NCBI GenBank assembly: GCA_003971905.1
Contig: RSEE01000012.1
Location: 1-64,000, forward strand
Direction of reading: 5' to 3'
DNA from: Moniliella sp. 'wahieum'
Taxonomy: Eukaryota
Length of the DNA: 64,000 nt
Positions 11,056 to 23,563 of this stretch are shown here, piece after piece. Below the pieces are notes generated by a model that made no database searches, was not told the origin of the DNA, and was given only the letters and a program-made list of their open reading frames with translations. The first letter of the stretch is position 1, and each line of letters opens with the position of its first letter. A program made the translations under genes and the position numbers.

Positions 11056-13084
11056 CTAGTTTTCGATTTCTTTTGTAGGAGTGGTTTGTTCCGATGTCGG
11101 GGAGATGGCGTCGATGGCTGGTGCCAGCTCGGCTTGGGGCTCGATTTGAGGCAGGCGACCAAACACACGAGGGAAGGTCTGGCCGAGATTGCGCATGTTG
11201 AGCGCAACCAGTTTCCGTGTCGGCATTTCAAACAGTGCGTCAATCTCCTCCAAGGTCTTGCCGCTCGTTTCAGGCATAAAGAAGAGCTGGTAGAAGAAGC
11301 CGACGATGGCCAAACCACCAAAGAAACCAATGGTCAAACCGGTGTAGGCTAGAGGATGTGCCGAAACAGGAGAGGGGCATGATGTTAGTTACCTGGATCC
11401 TGGTACAAGGGATATGGGAGATGGAAAAGATACGCACTCATAGCATTGACCATGCGGTCAAAGTTGTAGGTGACAATGAAACTCCAGAGGTAGAGGGCAG
11501 CGCTGCAAATGGCCATGCCCTGGACCGAGTACGCAGGGCAAAGCTCTCGGCAGGGACCACCCAAGTCAAGCAAGAGTAGGTGCCAAAGAAGCCCATGTAG
11601 AGAATGAGACCGGTGAAGAAAAGACCAAGCGCGGTGGCACGATGGGCGTCAAAGTATTCCTGGGACTTGGAAGCAGGGGAAAAGAGGTACCCAACGCCGA
11701 CAAGAACGAGACCAATAATGAACCCAACGATTTTGCGCCCACACACGCCGACCGAACCTGTCCATGTAGAGCACAGCCGGAATAGTGCCGAGCCAAAGCG
11801 ATCCACCGCCGACCATGGACATAAGCACCGACTTTTCGCATCGAAGTTGATGGCCGACATGAGACTGGACATGTTGTACATGATAGCGTTGATACCTGCA
11901 AAGGGGAGATGAGACAATGGACTCGTTAGTAGCTGAAACAAAACAAAATATAGCTGTCGAAGGTAAAGCGGCGGGAGGAAAAGTAATACATACCCGTCAT
12001 CTGACCCAAGAAGATCATGATCGAACCGTAAATCAAAGCACGCCGGTTGCGGGGGAGGATGAAGAGCTCGAGGAAGCGTTCGTGCCACTTTTCGTGGGCG
12101 GCGCGGTCAGCTCAACGGCGGAGGTGTGCTCCATTACCATCCACTCCACCATCGATTCTGGGTTGTCCAAGTCGCGGAGGATGGACCAGACACGGAAGGC
12201 GCGGCCGTTGCGGCCCTTCGAGTTGAGCCAACGAGGGGATTCCGGCATAAACAGCAGCCCGACAAGAAGGATGGTAGAGAAGAGTACCGAACTGCCGAGC
12301 ATGTACCGCCACGAGCCAGAGTGAACATCGAAAAAGATACCGCCGCAAGCGTAGCCCAGCACTTCGCCAAAGGCAATCATGAATGGTAAATGGACACCAG
12401 GTTGCCGCGCACCTCCTTTGGTACTGATTCGCCAATGTACACGCCGACACTGCCACCTTCAATGCCTACGCCAATACCGAGGATGAAACGACCAGCGTAA
12501 AGCATACCGACAGAGTGCGTACCGGCACAGAGACCAGCGCCGAGGGTGTACCACAAACACGAGATGATGATCGAACCGCGGCGGCCAAAGACATGATGAA
12601 GCGGGGTGATGGCGAACGAGCCGGCCATGGCACCAAGAGGCATAAGACTGGAAACCAAACTCCATTGGACGCACTGTGAGGGTCGAGGGAGCCGGGTTTC
12701 AGCGGGTCGTAGTGCCAGGGCGGGTTGTGTCCGTGGGTAAAGTAGTGTTGGATGCCGTGGGTGGCGCCGGAGATGATGGATTGGTCAAAACCACTGAGGA
12801 TACCGCTAAAGGCAGCGAACAAGCCGAGGAACACAACCATCATACGGGGTTGGATGTGCAACGGGAGGCTGGAGAACATCAGTTTGTCGAGCCACGATTC
12901 GTTGGCCAACTCTTCATTCGCCCGGGCCTGGCGGATTTGGATTTGCTCCAGCAGCTGGGCCGAGGTCATGCGGGCGGCGGAGTCTTCATCAAAGCCATCC
13001 TCGTCATCCAGGTTGGCGTCGTCGGTCTTGGTCGCGGCGTTGCCGGCTTGCAGGTCCTGCGCAAGGAGTTTTTTCGTACACCAT
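11056..13084 (-). CDS. MFS sugar-porter family transporter (myo-inositol/polyol/pentose-like)
   Basis: Motifs GFDQSIISGA, FGRRGSI, GRFILGIGVG, YIGESVPKEVRG, WRYMLG, PESPRWL, GINAIMY, TWVVPAESF, PETSGKTLEEID; introns near 11900-11995 and 11350-11438. Confidence 0.93.
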
Positions 13085-14844
13085 TGCTGCAGATGGCGGT
13101 ACGGAAGTGGGAGGGGGAGGGGGGGGGGGGGGGCGGGGTTGGCGAGCGGGGAGAGAGGGGAGTGTGGTGTCGGGTGGGCGGGGAACAGGAGGCCGAGGAC
13201 ACTGGGAGAGGAGGTGCTATTTATGCGAGCGCGCAAACATAGTACGGACATGCACATAGCATAGCATGTTTCGGGGGCTTGTCGCGCCGAAGCAGGCGGG
13301 GGGCGGTAGGTGCAGGAGCAGTGCCGGGCAAAGAGTTCCCACGGAGAGACACTGAATGTTCAGGCAGACAGGCAGCAGACAGCAGACAGGCGGACAGGTA
13401 CGGCGCATGTCGGTGATGCGGGTGGTCGCACTTGCCTCGGTTGCTTTGGTGGCAGATGCGCCGATGGCACGGCGGGCGCTGTGCCGCTGTGCCGCTGTGC
13501 GTCTGCGTGCTGGGCTGGGCTGAGCTGGGCTGGGGCTGCTCGAACGCCTGTGGACAGCAGAGCTGGTCTGCATGCCACATGTCACTCGCCAGGGCACTGC
13601 CCGCATCAGCACACCAGCACAGGATCAGTGTAGTACCCGCAGAGTGTGCCAGCACAGTGCCAGCACGCAGTGGGCCGCCAAAGCGCACTGGCGGCCGATC
13701 GGGGCGGGCACGCGGGCAGTGTGGGGGCGGGCATGTCTCTTGCCCCGTCGTGCTGCACGAACGCCAAACTTGGTGCGGGCGTGGCCCCGCGCCGACTCGG
13801 CCAGGCCACGCGGGGTCCGCACGCGCCAGTGTCGCCCTCGGGCCTGGTTCGGTGGGGTGGATGGAACCTCGATCGCCAATCGCGGATTCTCACTGCGCAT
13901 CCCAGACACGATGCCCCACGGCGCCCCGCAGAGTTTCAGACACCCAGGTACAACGCACGGGGGAAGCGAGCAAGCCCAGCACGCTGCATTCAAAAACAGT
14001 GCACGGGGCTTGTGGGGCAGAGCCGCTGGGCGGCGTCTAGGCCCTTGGGAGTCGCTAGCAGGCGTTCAATGCGAACTGGTAGCTGGGGCAACCGGTAACT
14101 CTAGCTTAACTCCTCGTAAGATCTAACCCCCCGGCGCGCCTCCGGTAAACTTGTGGGCAGTGCCTAGCCCTGCCTCGCTGGGCCTCGTGCGGGCCAGTGC
14201 GGCTCGACGTTAGTGGCGCGCAGCGGGGTGTCTAAGACACCTCCACCAAAACAACCCAGAGCAGGCCAAACCCCCAATCGACTGTCCAACTCCCCCAGCG
14301 GCCGAACCACCGCCCAGCAGGGCCCAGCACCCCCATCATCTCATCGCGCCCGCGTCACACGCCATCCATCACACACCTCCCCCCGCCCTCTCGATTACGA
14401 GGAACGCCAGGACCTCGGTTTAACGTTTAGGAGGTTTGGTGGCGCTGCTGCTGTGTTGTGCGCTGCAGCCCACATGGCCCAGGCTACCTTCCGTCAGGTA
14501 CGCTACACTGTCCTTTGAGAGCGTCAAATCGCGCTGGGCCGCGATTGCCACGATCCCCCACAGCGACCTAAGGAAGGAAGCGTGGGAGGCTGAGGCCTGC
14601 CTCAGCGCTGAGCGTCAGTAGCGCCCTGAAGAAGACAGATACCCAAAAGTTCTCTGTTCCACGTTCACCGCATCCGATAATCGATATTGCGAAATGTATG
14701 TTCGTTTCCCTTTCGCCCCCTCTTCAATCCACATCATATACCGGCACAGTCTATGTCACCCAATTTGGTGTCCCTGCCTTCCCTTGGTTGGAATTCAGGC
14801 GACATGGTCTCCGCCGATTCTCTACCTGTTTCCCCTTTTTCTCT

Positions 14845-14965
14845 CAAGCTCCGAGCTTCAAGCTTCAAGAGCTTCAAAAGCCTCCAAGCGTCAAGCTTCA
14901 CCCCCTATCACGCTTCTGTCGACCCCACTATCACGCGTATCACGTATCACGTAGATATCACGTTC
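14845..14965. repeat. Degenerate ~7-nt tandem repeats (AGCTTCA, then ATCACGT)
   Basis: gagcttcaagcttcaagagcttcaaaagcctccaagcgtcaagcttca followed by atcacgcgtatcacgtatcacgtagatatcacgt. Confidence 0.7.
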
Positions 14966-15404
14966 CGGCACAGGTATGGCCTGCTACTATGATGCTCTCC
15001 GCGCGCCGCCGATGTCCGCCTCCACTTATTCCACCTATTTTGCAACTGCAGTGCCTAACGCGTAAAGCGGGCCATTGTGTCCAGCCATGTTAGCCCCCTG
15101 AGGCCACCGGTAATGCAATGTCTGATGTTGCCGCAGAATGGGGCCGACGGCTACCGCAGATGACTTTGATGACACTTTTGTGACATTGATGATCACATTG
15201 CCCCATGCGATGTGTAATGCAAAACGTGGGATGCATGATTCATGATGCATGACCAGTGACGTGTGACGCATGACTCACGATCATCGATCATCATACATCA
15301 TGCACCACTAGTCACTCCGACTCCTGATTTGATGGTCCGTGTTGGGGATTTGTTCACTAACGCCGCGTCGTTCTGCAACGTGCAACAGTCCAGTCGGATG
15401 AGGT

Positions 15405-15481
15405 CTTAGGCCGGGCTTAGGCCTTAGGCCTTATAGGCCTTCGACGCCTTAGGTCTTAGGCTAAGGCCTTAGGGGGGGGGG
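15405..15481. repeat. CTTAGGC-type tandem array ending in TTAG(G)10 (telomere-like)
   Basis: cttaggccggg cttaggc cttaggc cttataggc cttcgacgc cttaggt cttagg ctaaggc cttagggggggggg. Confidence 0.75.
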
Positions 15482-15736
15482 TGTTTTGTGGGCGAATTGG
15501 GTTAAATGATGAAGTGCATGTGATGCATGATGCCCCGGCAAGACATTGAACAGGCGGGGTTAGCATGTCTGAGCGGTGACAGTCATGACAACAAGTGTCC
15601 CTGGTACTCGTCGAGCATTGCCATGTTGACATGTTGACATTGAGTACTCGACTGAATATTGGATGGACACCGACAAGCGACGCCGTCACGCATAACTAGC
15701 TTAACTCGTGTCGGCCTGCATCGGCCCTGAGTTTGG

Positions 15737-15763
15737 CATGTGACATGTGACATGTGACACGTG
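15737..15763. repeat. Tandem E-box array (CATGTGA)x3 plus CACGTG
   Basis: catgtga catgtga catgtga cacgtg. Confidence 0.7.
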
Positions 15764-16639
15764 CGATGAGAGAGATGTTTCAGGGCGGGCGATGGTCGAT
15801 GGCGACGCGGCGACGAGAACCCACATCCACATCTGGAAAATTCCAGAGTTGGCGTGTTTCCTACTGCACCAGCCACCGCTGCATCACCCCCGTCAATGCC
15901 ATAGCTGATCCGCAACCCACACACATCCTGTTCCGGTGGGGATGCACTGAGCGCGGGATGACCTCAAGCTCCAAGCACAGGATACAGCACTTGGTAACTA
16001 GAGCACAAGAGCCTCAGAACACACCGCTGTTTGCATGTTACCCCAACAACTACTATAGCATGTTTTTCGTCGTACCAAAACGATGAAGTTCGAAAGTTCG
16101 AAGCTTGAAGAATCCACTACCAAAAAAGCGCGTCGTGTGCAGGTCCGATAGAACGCGTAGCGTTGTGTCCTGTTGGCCATTGCAGCATATGGGTTAGGCG
16201 AGACCTGGCGACCTCAGCATCATCCACAGAGCATCGATGAAGCGACTATATTAGAGCTCCAAGTTTCAGGTGCCAAGCTCTCATTTCCGAAGAGGGCTTG
16301 TGGTGCCCTGTCGGAGATGGGAGATCTGATCTGAATTGGGGCCTGAAGGGCCTGAAGTCTCAGAACCCAGGCTTATAACGATCGGGTCCGCCACTCGTAT
16401 ACTCAAGACACTCATGCGCTCGTCGTTCTTACACTCACGGCTCAGCCTGAGCGCCAATGCTAATGATGGCTTACGATCAAAACGTCCCGTTCAATGCGTC
16501 GTGCGTTTTAAACGAATGGTAGGCTGAGGCTTCAGGGAAGCCCTTTAGCCTCGGATATCATGCACCATGGTCGCAGCACACACATATCTCAAGGACAGTT
16601 GGGATGTATCAACGGCTTTAGCCCTTGAGCTTTAAATTA

Positions 16640-16790
16640 AGCTGACCACGGACCTATTAATTATAGAAGCCAGCCAATGCATCGCGCTGAATGCTCCGGA
16701 GATGTATATCTGTGCCTGATGCGCTGGGTTGTTGTCCAACAGTGCAACACGGAAAAACAAACACCATCATCTTTCATTGAATTCAGGCAC
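16640..16790 (-). mobile_element. Possible Tc1/IS630-type DDE transposase fragment
   Basis: Minus frame reads LFFRVALLDNNPAHQAQIYISGAFSAMHWLAS, resembling QDN.P.H...W(P)..SPDLN; the SPDLNPIE part is not preserved. Confidence 0.25.
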
Positions 16791-16932
16791 TCAGTTGGGT
16801 AAGGCCGGGCCATGGTAAGTACATCACGGAAATAGGGGTTCAGTCCTCTCGATTCTTTCTACAAACTCACACAGGCGTTCCTCCTTCCAAATGTCTTTCT
16901 GTCCCTCTCCACACATGGCTCCTTCGAGGGGA

Positions 16933-16978
16933 GGTTTCCCCAGTGGTTTCCCCTGTGGTTTTCCAGTGGTTTGCCCGT
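16933..16978. repeat. Four ~12-nt tandem units GGTTTCCCCAGT
   Basis: ggtttccccagt ggtttcccctgt ggttttccagt ggtttgcccgt. Confidence 0.7.
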
Positions 16979-18060
16979 AGTGTGGAGGCTAGTGGTGCCC
17001 GGGGACAAAGAGAGCTCGGCCTGTCGGAGCGTCAGCGTTAATGCGCAATACCTGTGTCTAACATTGAAAGAACAGGAATATGCCCCGCATCATACCCACC
17101 CCACTGCAGCCTACTTACACATTCAATCAGTACCCTAGTTCCATAAGGTGAGGTATACCCTGAGCCTAGGACGAAGAAGCCACCGGCCCGTCGGATTGTC
17201 CCTCTGTCTGATATGACAAACGGTTCTGTGCTGGTTGTGTTTGGTTGAAGAGATTTGGCGGCGCAGTGTTGCTGATTGCAGAGCATCGACAATCATTCGC
17301 CACCCACCACACATTTCATATGTGTTCTTCTCGCTATGTTTTCCCTCTAACTCATCTTTCCAGAGGCATATTCCGCCGTTTGCTTTCCCGCTTCTCTCTC
17401 CCTCTGCAAGGCCCTCACACTCAACCCGCTCCGAGCACGCCTAATGCAAGTTGATAAAATCGAAGGCATTGGCCTCAGCTGGAGGGCGAGTGCCAAGTAT
17501 TGTGGCTGCCCCCAATGTTGTGGCCTATGTATGCAGTTGGGAATGGGCTGCGCAAGGACAGACCATGGTGGCCCAAAGGGCCACGATCAGGTCGTATTCA
17601 CTCCTCCCTTCCATGTTTTTTGACGCCCCCACCCCCTTGGTTCGTCGGCCGGTTGCCTTTCCTCTTCTTTGTCAACCTCTCTAACTTGCCGCTTCAAAAG
17701 AAGACCGGTCGTCGCAGTTCCAATTTGCCAATCATTCTCTGCTACCGCTGACGCGTGACGCCAGATCGATCGAGCCTGGTACTTAGCAAAAAGGCTCCTT
17801 CAATGGGAATGGGTTAGCGCTTAGTATTCCCTCGTTTTCACTATTCTTGTAGGCGACACATACTATCCTCCCGCAACATTCATACCTGCGCTTTGAAAGT
17901 TGCCTTTTGTCCCCCAGCCTAACCCCAGTCGCGGGGTTGCGACGTCCCTGGACAGCTTTTGAGGCCGACACAGTACGCAGTACGCCACCACGTACTGGGG
18001 CGCGACCTAATCACTACTAACTATCGGCATGGTCACTATATAGTCACTTGACACAGTGTC

Positions 18061-18403
18061 TGTGACGGGGTTTTGCTGGCTTCCCACAGTCGGAGACCTT
18101 CCCTGCCCATCGGGGCAAGACTCGCGGAGGACTGAACGCGTTTAAGATCCAAAGTCCAAGGAGCACTGGCGTGAACTTTGGAGGGTCGTGAGTAGTGATT
18201 TACTGTTCTCGTCGGACAGAGCCAGGTAGCGTCCGCGGGGAGGTTGCACGTTAGGGGCCGGACGAGAAAGCGGGGAGTCCCGATGGGCGAGGGAGGGCAA
18301 GCGAGCTGATCGGAAAGGTGGTTATTCTAGAGTGGAGTTGCCTAGAAGAGGGCTGACAGGGGAAAGGCAGGAGAAAGAATGGTGGGCGGCTTGGGCCATC
18401 ACA
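18061..18403. mobile_element. Candidate solo LTR
   Basis: TGTGACGG ... CCATCACA termini (7/8 inverted match), about 340 bp, strong purine/pyrimidine strand skew; no TSD seen. Confidence 0.35.
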
Positions 18404-18449
18404 ATTGGATCTAAGAACAGTCAGATTTTATAGAAGAAAAGGGTTAAGG

Positions 18450-19340
18450 CGGAATCAGACGGAGTCCTAGTAATGAAGAGCAAGCGCTACGGAAAGTAAC
18501 CGCGGCTTGCACAGCGTGGTCGACGCAAGTCGTAAAAAATTCGTAAGGGAGGTAGAAGGGGGAACAGGCGTAACAGGGTGAACAGGGACACGTGTAGGAA
18601 CTGGGCCAGGGACATGAACAGGGGTAAATCGAATGGGGGGAACTTTCCAGAGAGGTAAAGACTATGAATACACAACCCGTGTTCTCCAAAAAGGCGCTGA
18701 TGCTACGCAATCGGGCCCAGCAGGTAAAGGGTTCTGCCATGACTGGGCGCGAAGGGCGCAAAGCATCGTAGCGATGATCCCATGCGGCCAACATGGCGGC
18801 CCGCGGATGATATCCGCAGCATGGATAAGGTGTCCGCTGACTCTCTCTCGCTAGTGGAATGAGACTGACGCGTATTGGATGAGACGTCTACGACATGCGG
18901 GGCTCAACGTCGGGGTTAACCAGAGAGGGCCCCGTAACTGAGGAAGCGACCGTGGCCTATAGCTCGATCTGGACCAGCAACGTGCCCACACCACTTCCGT
19001 TGCCATGACCACTGGAGCCGGCCCAACTCAGCCTCCTTCCGTCGCTCAGCGGCTGTTCCGCCGCAGCCTCCCCGGGTCACACCCCGGCCCCACCTCTCAA
19101 AACGTGAGCCAGTGAGGAGAGCCACGGTGGCCCAAGTGCCACAGACGCTTCGCCGTCTATCGACGCCTCCTGGTGGTTTAATGGCGGGTGCTATTGGGAT
19201 GCGAAGGAAGCTAAGTATGGATCTCCGCTGCTCTCGCGGGTCACCAAAGAGGCTCAGCTTCTTCAAGTTGGTCTGGAACAACCTTCCTCGATCAGCCAGC
19301 TTCCGTCGTCCTGCCGAAACCTGAACCAGCCACATCCTTG
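18450..19340 (-). mobile_element. Possible degenerate Ty3/gypsy gag fragment
   Basis: RKLADRGRLFQTNL..FGDPREQRRSILSFLR, TWA..RFE, AAERRKEAELGRLQ and GPIA*HQRLFGEHGLCIH resemble retrotransposon gag core and pre-knuckle motifs; decayed. Confidence 0.3.
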
Positions 19341-20373
19341 CTAGCCTTCCTCGGCGCCGAGAAACTAACCGGTGGTGTGTGTTAGCACTTCTGGCTATCC
19401 CGAAGAAAAACTGTCACTGTTTCCCAAGCTCCAGTTTTCCCTCATCGGTCGACTCAAGTGCAACCAAGGAGGATCGCGAGTACTCAGGGCCGACGGGTGG
19501 GCAGGGACGAACTCGCAGTGGCGACACACCCAAGTATCTATGGCGCTTCAACTCCCTCCACGGCACAGCCCCTGCTCCCGGTCACAACCCATCCCTGCTT
19601 CCTCAGCGCCACCAGGTTCCCCGAAGACGCGGTCTGGTGGTCCGTGCAGAGCGCTCGCTACAAGACCATGGGGCCGACGCTGACGCTGACAAGATGATTC
19701 ATCAACTCACCGTTTCACACCCAGCCATAAGGCGGCGGTGAGTGTAAGGGCCCTGCCTTCTCTCCCTGTAATGCGGGTGAGAGGGCACTTCAATCCGCCC
19801 ATACATGTCTTCTTCCTCTTTCCATTGAGGTGCCACTCACTAGCTGGCATCCGGATGTGCGACTCATCCGTCCTATATAGGCCTCAAACCAGAAGTTGGT
19901 GGCATATGCCTAGGCCTAGCTGTACAACGAAGACGAACGCCAACAGGACTCCCGTTTGTTACGATCAGGGCCTTGGTCGGTGGATTGTTCGAGTATGCTC
20001 TGCTCCGACTATGATTATAGGACAGCCTCTTGTTCGTATCTTTTCTTTTTGGTGTCATTTTCATGGAATGGTCGACTCTTCTCGGGTTGTTTATCGATGT
20101 TGTTGATTGTTGGCTGTACCATCAAAAGTCTATTGTGTCGAGATCATCCTCTCTCCCGTGCACACGTGCCGCATTCAACACACAGAGTCTCACTTGAGTC
20201 TACTTATTCGCGTATGCATAGGCGAATTGTCGCAGTACCTTCTCGAGCGCCTCTTGCTGGATTCGAGCGTAGTATTTTGGTGACAAGAGGACACCAGGTC
20301 TACGACTCTCCGATCTGGGTACCGTATGATGTGTAAAATGCAGTTCTCGATAGAGAGAGACTCTGACGCCCAT

Positions 20374-20482
20374 TGTCATAGTTTGGCTGATCTCACTCCC
20401 ATTTCCAATTTCTTCGTCTCGAGCGTCTCGCTCCTTCCCTGTTTCTTCCACTTCACACCATGTCCTCTCCTCTTGCTTCTTC
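20374..20482 (+). repeat. Truncated 5' LTR of chromovirus
   Basis: Begins TGTCATAG; about 109 nt match the 3' LTR with 6 transitions, then run directly into RT coding sequence. Confidence 0.9.
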
Positions 20483-23380
20483 TGTCGACGGGCGAAATGC
20501 AGGCCTTGTCCCAGTGGCTCGACGAGAACCTGGCTTTAGGTTTCCTCATCCGTCCGTCCAAGTCTGCCTTCGGCGTGGGCGTCCTGTTTGTTAAAAGAAG
20601 GACGGCTCGTTGCGCCTGTGCATGGACTATCGTGCGCTCAACTCGGTTACGATCAAGAACCGGTTGGCTCTTCCTCTGATTAGTGATGACTCGTGGACCG
20701 CCTCTCGGGGGCCAGCATCTTCACCAAGCTTGACCTCCGTGGGGCGTAAAACTTGTTGTGGGTGAGAGAAGGCGACGAGAGCAAGACTGCTTTCTGCACT
20801 CGGTACGGGCACTTTGAATCCCTTGTTATTCCGTTTCGACTTTGCAACGCCCCTGCCCCCTTCCAAGCTGTGATGAACGACCTCCTCCGCGACCTCCTCG
20901 ACGTCTCGGTACTGGCATACCTTGAGGACATCCTCCTCTTTTCGACTAATGAGATGGAACGCGAGCGCCACGTTGCCGAGGTCCTACGGCGTCTGCAGCT
21001 GGCCAAGTTCTACCTCAACCCCGTCAAGTGTCAGTTCCACACACGCTGCACCAAGTACCTGGGCTACGTCGTTTCGCCTGACGACGCGTCCAAGGTTGAG
21101 TCGATTCGGTCGTGGCCAACACCCAGAACACCTTGCCAAGTCCAAGTCTTCCTCTCGGCTTCGCCAACCGCTACCGTCACTTCATCCGTTTATTTGTCCG
21201 TATCTCAGCTCCCCCGCCCGACCTGACACGCAAGGACCAGCGATTTTCTTGGACCCCAGCCTGCGAACAGGCGTTTGCCCAGCTCAAGCGCGTCTTTGCC
21301 TCGCCCCACCTCCTTTGTCACTTTGATCCCACTCGCCCCCTTCGCCTCGAGACCGACGCTTCGGAAGCGGCGCTTGGCGCGGTGCTCGCCCAGCAGGATG
21401 TTCACCGTCGTTGGCGGCCGGTCGCCTTCCATTCTCGCAAGTTCATCGCAGCTGAGCTGAACTATACTACGTCCGAAAAGGAGGTACTGGCCATCGTGGC
21501 CGCCGTGGAGGTGTGGCGCCACTATGTTGAAAGTGTTGAGACTGTCCAAGTACTTACAGGCCACGGGGCCATTGCGACGTTCCGCCGCCCGGTCTCGCCT
21601 ATTGAACCGCCGCCAGGGCCGGTGGCGCCAGACCCTGTCCCTTACAGCCTTTTTGTTATGGTGTACCGTGCCGGGCAGAAGAATGGCGCGGCCGACGGGT
21701 TGTCGCGCCGCCCCGACCTCGCTGAGGGGTCCCGGCCCTCTGACGCGGCACCTCAAGTACTGGTGGAGCCCATGTCCGAACGTTCTGCCGCCGCCCTCGA
21801 GCTCATGGCGGCGGACCCGATACACCGGTGGTGGGGCGAGTGTCTGCCGACGAGTTTCGACAGCGCATTCGCCAACTCGTGCCCTGTGACCCTCGTTGGT
21901 CCCTTTGCTACGGTTCCACGCCCACCCCGCCATGCCTTGACTGTCTGTGACGGCCTTTTGTGGCACGGCAACCAGGTCTACGTCCCCGGCGACCCGCCGA
22001 TCCGCGCTGGCATTCTCCATCAAGCCCACGACTCGGCCTTGGCCGGCCATGAAGGGCGCGACAAGACGTTGGCCCGTGTTCGCGCTCAATATTGGTGGCC
22101 CCGCCGGTCAGCCGACGTGTGGGCCTACGTGCGCTCGTGCGACCGCTGTCAACGGACCAAAGCGCCTTGCCACCAACCCGCTGGACTACTTCAGCCCCTT
22201 ATTCCCCCTCCACAAGGCTCGTGGACCCACTTGAAGATGGACCATATTACCCAGCTTCCCCGATCTAAGATCCAATATAATGGTGACGACACGATTTTGG
22301 TGGTGGTGTGGATCGTTTCACCAAAATGGGTCACTTCATTCTCGCCCACACGACGGACACTGCGCAACAGCTCGCACGCCAGTTTGTACACCATGTCTTT
22401 CGCTACCATCAGGCCTTCCACGATCTGGTGAGTGATCGGGACCGACCTTCACAAGCCACTTCTGGCAAGCCTTGTGTGCCGACTTGGGCATCAAGTCGAG
22501 CCTTAGCACCGCGCACCACCCCCAGACGGACGGCCAGACTGAGCGACTTACATATCCTCGAACAGTACCTCCTCTGTGCTACCTTGATGAGCAGCAGAAG
22601 TCCCAATTGGTTCGATCTCCTCCCCACGGCCGAATTTGCCTACAACTCGTCCTCCCACTCGAGCACCGACCAGTCCCCCTTTGTCCTCACCTATGTGGTT
22701 ACTCCCCCCGGGGGAGTTGGAGCCCCCCACTTCGCCCGTTCCCGATGCTGTGTCATACCTTGAGGATTTGCGTTCGGCCCAGGTGGTGGCCCCCCGGCCG
22801 CTCGCCGCGGCCTAAGAATGCTACAAGCATTATGCCGCCCAGCAGCGCACCGAGGTGGCTTCCTTCACTGCTGGTCAGCCTGTCTTGGTCCGTCGGGACG
22901 GTTATATGTCTAGCCAGCGATTTTCTGACGGCCTCGCTTATCGCTACCTCGGCCCCTTTCCCATTGTCCGCGTCGGGGCTGCGCCGCGTACCAGGTTCGC
23001 GTTCCCGACTACCTCTCTATACCTCCAAGTTCCATGTGTCCCGCTTGCGTGCCTACACTCCTGGTGACGTGGCCTCTGCCCGCTTGATTGAGCCCCCTGA
23101 TCCTCTCCCCGAAGATGTTGATGATGGTGCGGTTCATCATGAGTCGAACATGTCCTCGACTCTCGTCGCAAGCGCCGTGGAGGCCGCATTGAGTACTTCA
23201 TTCCTTCCGGGCTATCCTGTCCACGAGCGGAGTGAGTACCCGCTGCGAACATGTCTCATGTCGCCGACCCGGCGGTTCGTTTCCATGCCCTCTACCCCGA
23301 TAAGCCTGTCTCTCATGCCCGCCGACTCGCCCGCTCTCGCCTCTGTCGCCGCCCGGGAGACGAGGCCTACAAGGGGTCAA

Positions 23381-23563
23381 TGCCATGGTTTGGCTGATCT
23401 CGCTCCCATCTTCAATTTCTTCGTCTCGAGCGTCTCGCTCCTTCCCTGTTTCTTCCACTTCGCACCATGTCCTCTCCTCTTGCTTCTTCCCACGAACGAT
23501 CGCTAGCCCCTTGGCCTACTAGTCACGATTCTGGTTTCCTTCGCCTTAGCCCCGATCGTGACA
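23381..23563 (+). repeat. 3' LTR of chromovirus (about 183 bp)
   Basis: Follows the PPT; TGCCATG...CGTGACA terminal inverted repeat; direct repeat of 20374-20482. Confidence 0.9.

Larger units (their letters stand above)
20374..23563 (+). mobile_element. Ty3/gypsy chromovirus LTR retrotransposon, decayed, gag/protease deleted
   Basis: RT ([55 protein letters not shown]), RNase H (ETDASEAALGAVL, PVAFHSRK, NYTTSEKEVLAI), integrase ([51 protein letters not shown]), GPF motif, chromodomain ([22 protein letters not shown]), PPT AAGGGGTCAA at 23371-23380, paired LTRs. Confidence 0.95.

Noticed and set aside
14589..14620. Helitron 3' end (GCTGAGGC-CT-GCCTCAGC hairpin); similar hairpin at ~7486-7499
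   Set aside because: No correctly spaced CTRR terminus and no Rep/helicase remnant.
17140..17560. Plavaka-like transposase scraps (GEVYPEPRT..IVPLSDMT; VVAYV)
   Set aside because: Matches are too short and the spacing is wrong; needs an HMM search.
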